Shown in pieces: positions 59,958 through 64,000 of a stretch of DNA of 64,000 nt. This DNA comes from Macrostomum lignano (Eukaryota), in NCBI GenBank assembly GCA_002269645.1, contig NIVC01003936.1:1-64000 (forward strand). The letters are read 5' to 3'. Every line of letters begins with the position of its first letter. Position 1 is the first letter of the stretch. Below the pieces are notes generated by a model, which saw only the letters and a list, made by a program, of their open reading frames with translations, did not search any database and was not told the DNA's origin. The translations under genes and the position numbers were made by a program.

Positions 59958-61136
59958 ATGTGCTCAACCGAATATGAACAATCACAAGAGGTGGAGGATG
60001 CTCAAATGGCTCAATTAAAGCCTCATGATGAAACAAACTTTGCTTCAATGACTGCCGAGACGCCTGGCAAAATTCAGAGCCAACTTGCCAACTCAATCGG
60101 TACTCAGAGCCAAGCCGCGGGGACTGGAGCGCATCATCAGAGCCAGTCCAATGAAGCGCGAGCGGATCTTCTCAGCCAAGTCTCCGATTCTGGAGTCGTG
60201 GCGACTCAGAGCCAAGCCGCAGGGACTGGGGCGCATCATCAGAGCCAGTCCAATGAAGCGCGAGCGGATCTTCTCAGCCAAGTCTCCGATTCTGGAGTCG
60301 TGGCAACTCAGAACCAAGCCGCAGGGAATGGGGCGCATCATGAAGCGCAAGCGGATCTTGTGCGGCGGTGTCAAACCACAAACCGAGGCGAGCCAAGCAG
60401 GCAATCTTCCAGCCAAAGCAGTCAAACTGCCGATGCGGTCTCTCGGAGCTACCAAAGTGCACCTGCTGAAGATTTGCCTCAGCCTCAAAGCAAAACGATT
60501 CTGCAAGAACGACGGGCTGACGTCTCAATTTCGTACGAAGAGGCTGCGCAGCCGCACTCAAACGAGCTCACGAATCACGTCAGCAGCGACCTTACTGCAA
60601 TCAAAGGTACGGTGATTGAGAATAAAGATGACAAGTCGTGCGAGCCGGAGCAAAGCCTATACCAGGGCTCCGATTCGCCTGAGCAGTTTTCCACGCTGGG
60701 AGAACTCAACTATAGCAGATATTTGCTGAGCGATGATTCACCCGAAGCCGCAAGCATGCAGCTTGTTGCTGTTCAACTCTCAGCATATTTTATGTCTCAG
60801 TTCATGGCTGCGTTCTCCCTGCAGGCTGCTCAGGGTATTGCTGGGTCTAACGAGGTCATTGCTGAATTGACGCCTGGGCATGGAGAGCAGCAGCAGCTGC
60901 CGCCTTTACAGCCGCCTCCGCAACTACCATCAGATAATGCTCAGGACCCTGGAAATGCAGCTGGCGGCGGAGTTGAAGGCGGTGGAGGCGGCGGTGGAGG
61001 CGGCGGTGGAGGCGGCGGTGGAGGCGTGGGAGCAGCCGAGCCTTCACAACTCCCTATAAGCCGCGGACCGATCTATATCCAGTATGGACACGGTAGCCAC
61101 ATGCATTTCTACAACGGGCAGCCGCCGTCTTCTTGA
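59958..61136 (+). CDS. Uncharacterised low-complexity Q/S-rich protein (392 aa; may be a terminal exon from 59832) with a 39-aa duplication, Gly linker and C-terminal RHIM-like motif
   Basis: 1.18-kb stop-free frame that is not a simple repeat; open upstream to a TAG/possible acceptor at 59829-59831; ends GPIYIQYGHGSHMHFYNGQPPSS*. Confidence 0.6.
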   Translation: MCSTEYEQSQEVEDAQMAQLKPHDETNFASMTAETPGKIQSQLANSIGTQSQAAGTGAHHQSQSNEARADLLSQVSDSGVVATQSQAAGTGAHHQSQSNEARADLLSQVSDSGVVATQNQAAGNGAHHEAQADLVRRCQTTNRGEPSRQSSSQSSQTADAVSRSYQSAPAEDLPQPQSKTILQERRADVSISYEEAAQPHSNELTNHVSSDLTAIKGTVIENKDDKSCEPEQSLYQGSDSPEQFSTLGELNYSRYLLSDDSPEAASMQLVAVQLSAYFMSQFMAAFSLQAAQGIAGSNEVIAELTPGHGEQQQLPPLQPPPQLPSDNAQDPGNAAGGGVEGGGGGGGGGGGGGGGGVGAAEPSQLPISRGPIYIQYGHGSHMHFYNGQPPSS

Positions 61137-61925
61137 CTGGACGTTGAGCTTCTGATGTTGAACGAAGGCATGTACGCGCATACGGATCCAGTCGCTGGAT
61201 TGAGAAGACAACAGGGTAATGACAAGCTAGATGTGACATGCTTTATAGAAAAGACACATTTCTGTTCTGATTAAACTAGAGATCTGTTTACTCAATGTCT
61301 AAGATAAATGCGAATACCAGGGGAAATTTTACGTTAATTTACGAGTTTTTCAGCCGAAATTAATCTAAAAAGTTTCAATGGTTAATTAACGTAAGTTGCC
61401 TTTTTAAAAATTGTAACTGCGGTACATTAACCTACCAAAAGTAACTTTTCTTTCATTTACTTTCAAGATTAACCCTTGTTTTCAACGGGATGGTACAAAC
61501 AGGCGTTATGACGCTCTGTGTACGGGTAAGCTCGTTCTGGCGTGATGACATGCAGATCTCGCGTTGCTCACAGAGATGTTGCGACACTCTGGTGCTTATA
61601 CAGTGGGTACAGTATAAGAGTAAAGTATGGTATCCGCTCTCCTGGCGTTATGACGCTCTGCCTCTGGCAAGAAGGAAGCGCAGCCCTGCCTAGCAAGCGC
61701 GCTTTTATTTAGGTTATCGACGGCAATAATACATTAATACACGGGGCGGACTCGCTCGCAGGTCTCAAAGCGGTGATGATCTCCTGATCTCTTGACTAAA
61801 AGTCGCTGTTTACTGTCTGTTTCTCTGACCCGTTCTGTATCACAGGGGGTCACAAAAAAGGCGGGCGCAAGAGGGGAAATAGGGGGGTCGCATTGTGAGA
61901 AAAGGGCGCATAGCAACAAGTAGAA

Positions 61926-62471
61926 GCTTGGACGAACCAGGCCGGCGCAGCGATGCATGTTGCATTGGTGACTCGCTCGTCGCTGATCTTGAAGGCGGCG
62001 CGCAGCAGACCAGTGTGCGCCCCCCGAACTCGCTGTTCAAGCGAGTCCATCAGTGACCAGGTCTCGGCGTTGTACAGCAGGACGGTCTCGACCACCGCCT
62101 ATAATGATTAGCATAGCAACCGAGATGATCCTTAGTCCTAAATTCTACCTGTAGGCTCTTGCAGTCTGACAGCAGTTACTCAATCACCTGCGGGAGTTTT
62201 TTGTCAGTTTAAACTGAAAGTAGCTTGTAGAAATCTCTCAAAAAATCAACTTCAAGTCAAGTCCAGCTCATCAAGCTGGCTTACCGAGTTCCAAAGCCTC
62301 ACAGTTCACCTGTCAATCATCGCCAGGCAGTCGGCGCTCCGGTGAAATTAAATGGCGCAGAGCTCGAGTCGCTCGCTGGTCGATGCGGCATTGATTTGCT
62401 GCTCAGCAACGACTCGAGCTGAGTAACTGGCAGGCTGGAAATTTCCCCAGTCTCTCTACTCCATCACTTGA
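61926..62471. repeat. Copy B of the composite direct repeat (RTE fragment 61926-62098 plus non-RTE part)
   Basis: Aligns with 59137-59592, with indels of roughly 40-60 bp. Confidence 0.9.
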
Positions 62472-62604
62472 TGCTTTTGCGCCCATTCGTTGCTGCTTCT
62501 GCCCGCAAGTACTGAAGATGTTCAGTTTGTGACTCTGGGGCTCTCTGCTTCAATGCTTAGCTCAATTTGATCTGATCGCCAGCTAAATCTGCTTTCCATT
62601 CATG

Positions 62605-62870
62605 CTCTTCTCTTCTCCCCCTCCTCTTCTGTCTTCTCTCCCTCTTCTCTTCTCTCTTCTCTCCCTATTCTCTTCTCTTCTCTCTCTCTCTCTCTCTTCT
62701 CTTCTCTCTTCTCTCCCTCTTCTCTTCTCTCTTCTCTCCCTCTTCTCTCTTCTCTCCCTCTTCTCTCCTCTCTCCCTCCCTCTTCTCTCCCTCTTCTCTT
62801 CTCTCTTCTCTCTTTCTTCTCTCCCTCTTCTGTCCCTATTTCCACCCTCTTCTGACCCTCTTTTCTCCAT
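62605..62870. repeat. CT-rich low-complexity tract
   Basis: (CTCTT/CT)n run. Confidence 0.9.
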
Positions 62871-63877
62871 CTCCGATGTGCACTTGAAATTTGCGTGCTT
62901 CTGTTCGCATGTCTGCATGCACTGTTTGACATCTGACTACGACAGTTCCAATAAAATCTCTGCAGACGTCGAACAGTATTGGATGTAGTAAAATTACTTC
63001 TTTGTCAAGTAATTACAGTGTCTGCGAATTGGACGCTTGCAAAATAAATCATCTGTACACTTTTACGACTAAAGCGATTTTGCGCAGTGCATCGTGAAGT
63101 ACAAAATATGAACATGAATGTATATTTAGCTCAGCACGAGGTCGTGCGAGCGTATTTGGGAAGGTACATTTAAGCACTGCATGCAGCTGTTTAGGAGTAG
63201 AGAACAGCGACAGCCAATCGTAGCGCGTTTAGGGAATGAAAATTTCTCTGCAGAGTGGGATGGCTGTCCAGGAGGGGTAGGGATTGGCGAAGGGTCAGAA
63301 TGTACACTGAAGGCTGGCTGGGCTATCAACATGCAGAATAGCTAAGTGTACATTGCAGTACTTTGCTGCCAGCCAATCAGAGTTGAATCAGCTGTCATTT
63401 GATTAACGGGCGTATGAAAGTGTAATGTTTTCAATTGAGGTTCAAATTTCTGTAATGGTCACAGACCGGGAATTGCTAGGAATCTTACAACTATACAGTT
63501 ATTTGTATATGCGAATAAGAAAACGTACATGCTACTTATAGGAAGATTAGTCTCGCAACAAACTTCACTGAAATGTGAATTCTACGTCAGTTTTTTACAG
63601 AAAGTTTTCTCACCTTCAAATTACCTCCTCGAATTTGCAAATAAAGCTTAGTGCTTTTTGCTTGCTGTAGGACTTTTGCAAATTTAAAAATCTGCTTGCG
63701 AGCGCATACTAGCTTCATCGGATGTTAGAAATTGCTGCTCAAGGAGACAAAACTTCAAGCAAAAAAAACTGACAATTCCCTTCTCACCAATGCATTTCCC
63801 CTTAAACCGTATTCTCCCACCAGTCCAAGTTTAGCCGCTCTTCATACTCCAGAAGTCCTTGGCACGCAGACGCCGGG

Positions 63878-64000
63878 CTACAACAGCAGCCTGTAGCTCT
63901 TGCACTCGCACAGTAGGAAGCCGTCCATGGAGGTCTGGCGGCAGCGTGCGAACTGCCGGCGGCTCCTTGGGCTGTCGGGCCGGCCGTCCGCGGTGCACTC
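63878..64000 (-). CDS. Possible terminal exon of a gene extending beyond the window
   Basis: GC-rich open frame ECTADGRPDSPRSRRQFARCRQTSMDGFLLCECKSYRLLL*; frame and identity uncertain. Confidence 0.25.
   Translation of the reverse strand, partial: ECTADGRPDSPRSRRQFARCRQTSMDGFLLCECKSYRLLL

Noticed and set aside
59137-62471. LTR retrotransposon interpretation of the flanking direct repeats
   Set aside because: No TG...CA ends, primer-binding site, polypurine tract or gag/pol motifs; the repeats themselves include a LINE fragment.
62583-62988. Glu/Arg-rich and Leu/Ser-rich ORFs
   Set aside because: Translations of a CT microsatellite.

Overview
Eukaryotic (animal) genomic DNA with GT-AG introns and no prokaryotic features. 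GC-rich exons, minisatellite-filled introns and repeated RTE-type retrotransposon copies resemble a free-living flatworm such as Macrostomum (inference only). Supported genes in order: a 2-exon rhodopsin-class peptide GPCR (-, 698-5734; exon 2 broken by 1-nt deletions that look like assembly errors); an intronless casein kinase 1-like probable pseudokinase (+, 8830-10629); a 6-exon protein of about 1006 aa with about 35 14-aa repeats, a coiled coil and a C-terminal CAP-Gly domain (-, 11648-15551); an intronless GT32/DXD glycosyltransferase (+, 22050-22952); a GW182/TNRC6 homolog lacking its 5' exon(s) (+, 35873-39738); a complete 16-exon ABCC/MRP1-like transporter (+, 46203-58232); and a low-complexity 392-aa ORF ending in a RHIM-like motif (+, 59958-61136). 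Mobile DNA: six RTE fragments, a decayed mariner with intact TIRs and TA target duplication, and several inverted-repeat (MITE/foldback) elements, many carrying CCATAGAC/GTCTATGG. Most notable: a different minisatellite in almost every ABCC intron (some built from splice-site motifs), the RHIM-like ORF between duplicated cassettes in which an RTE fragment follows a splice acceptor, the CAP-Gly protein with a large array of TP/TPSK sites, and the CK1-like pseudokinase. Gene models were read by hand and nothing was checked against a database.
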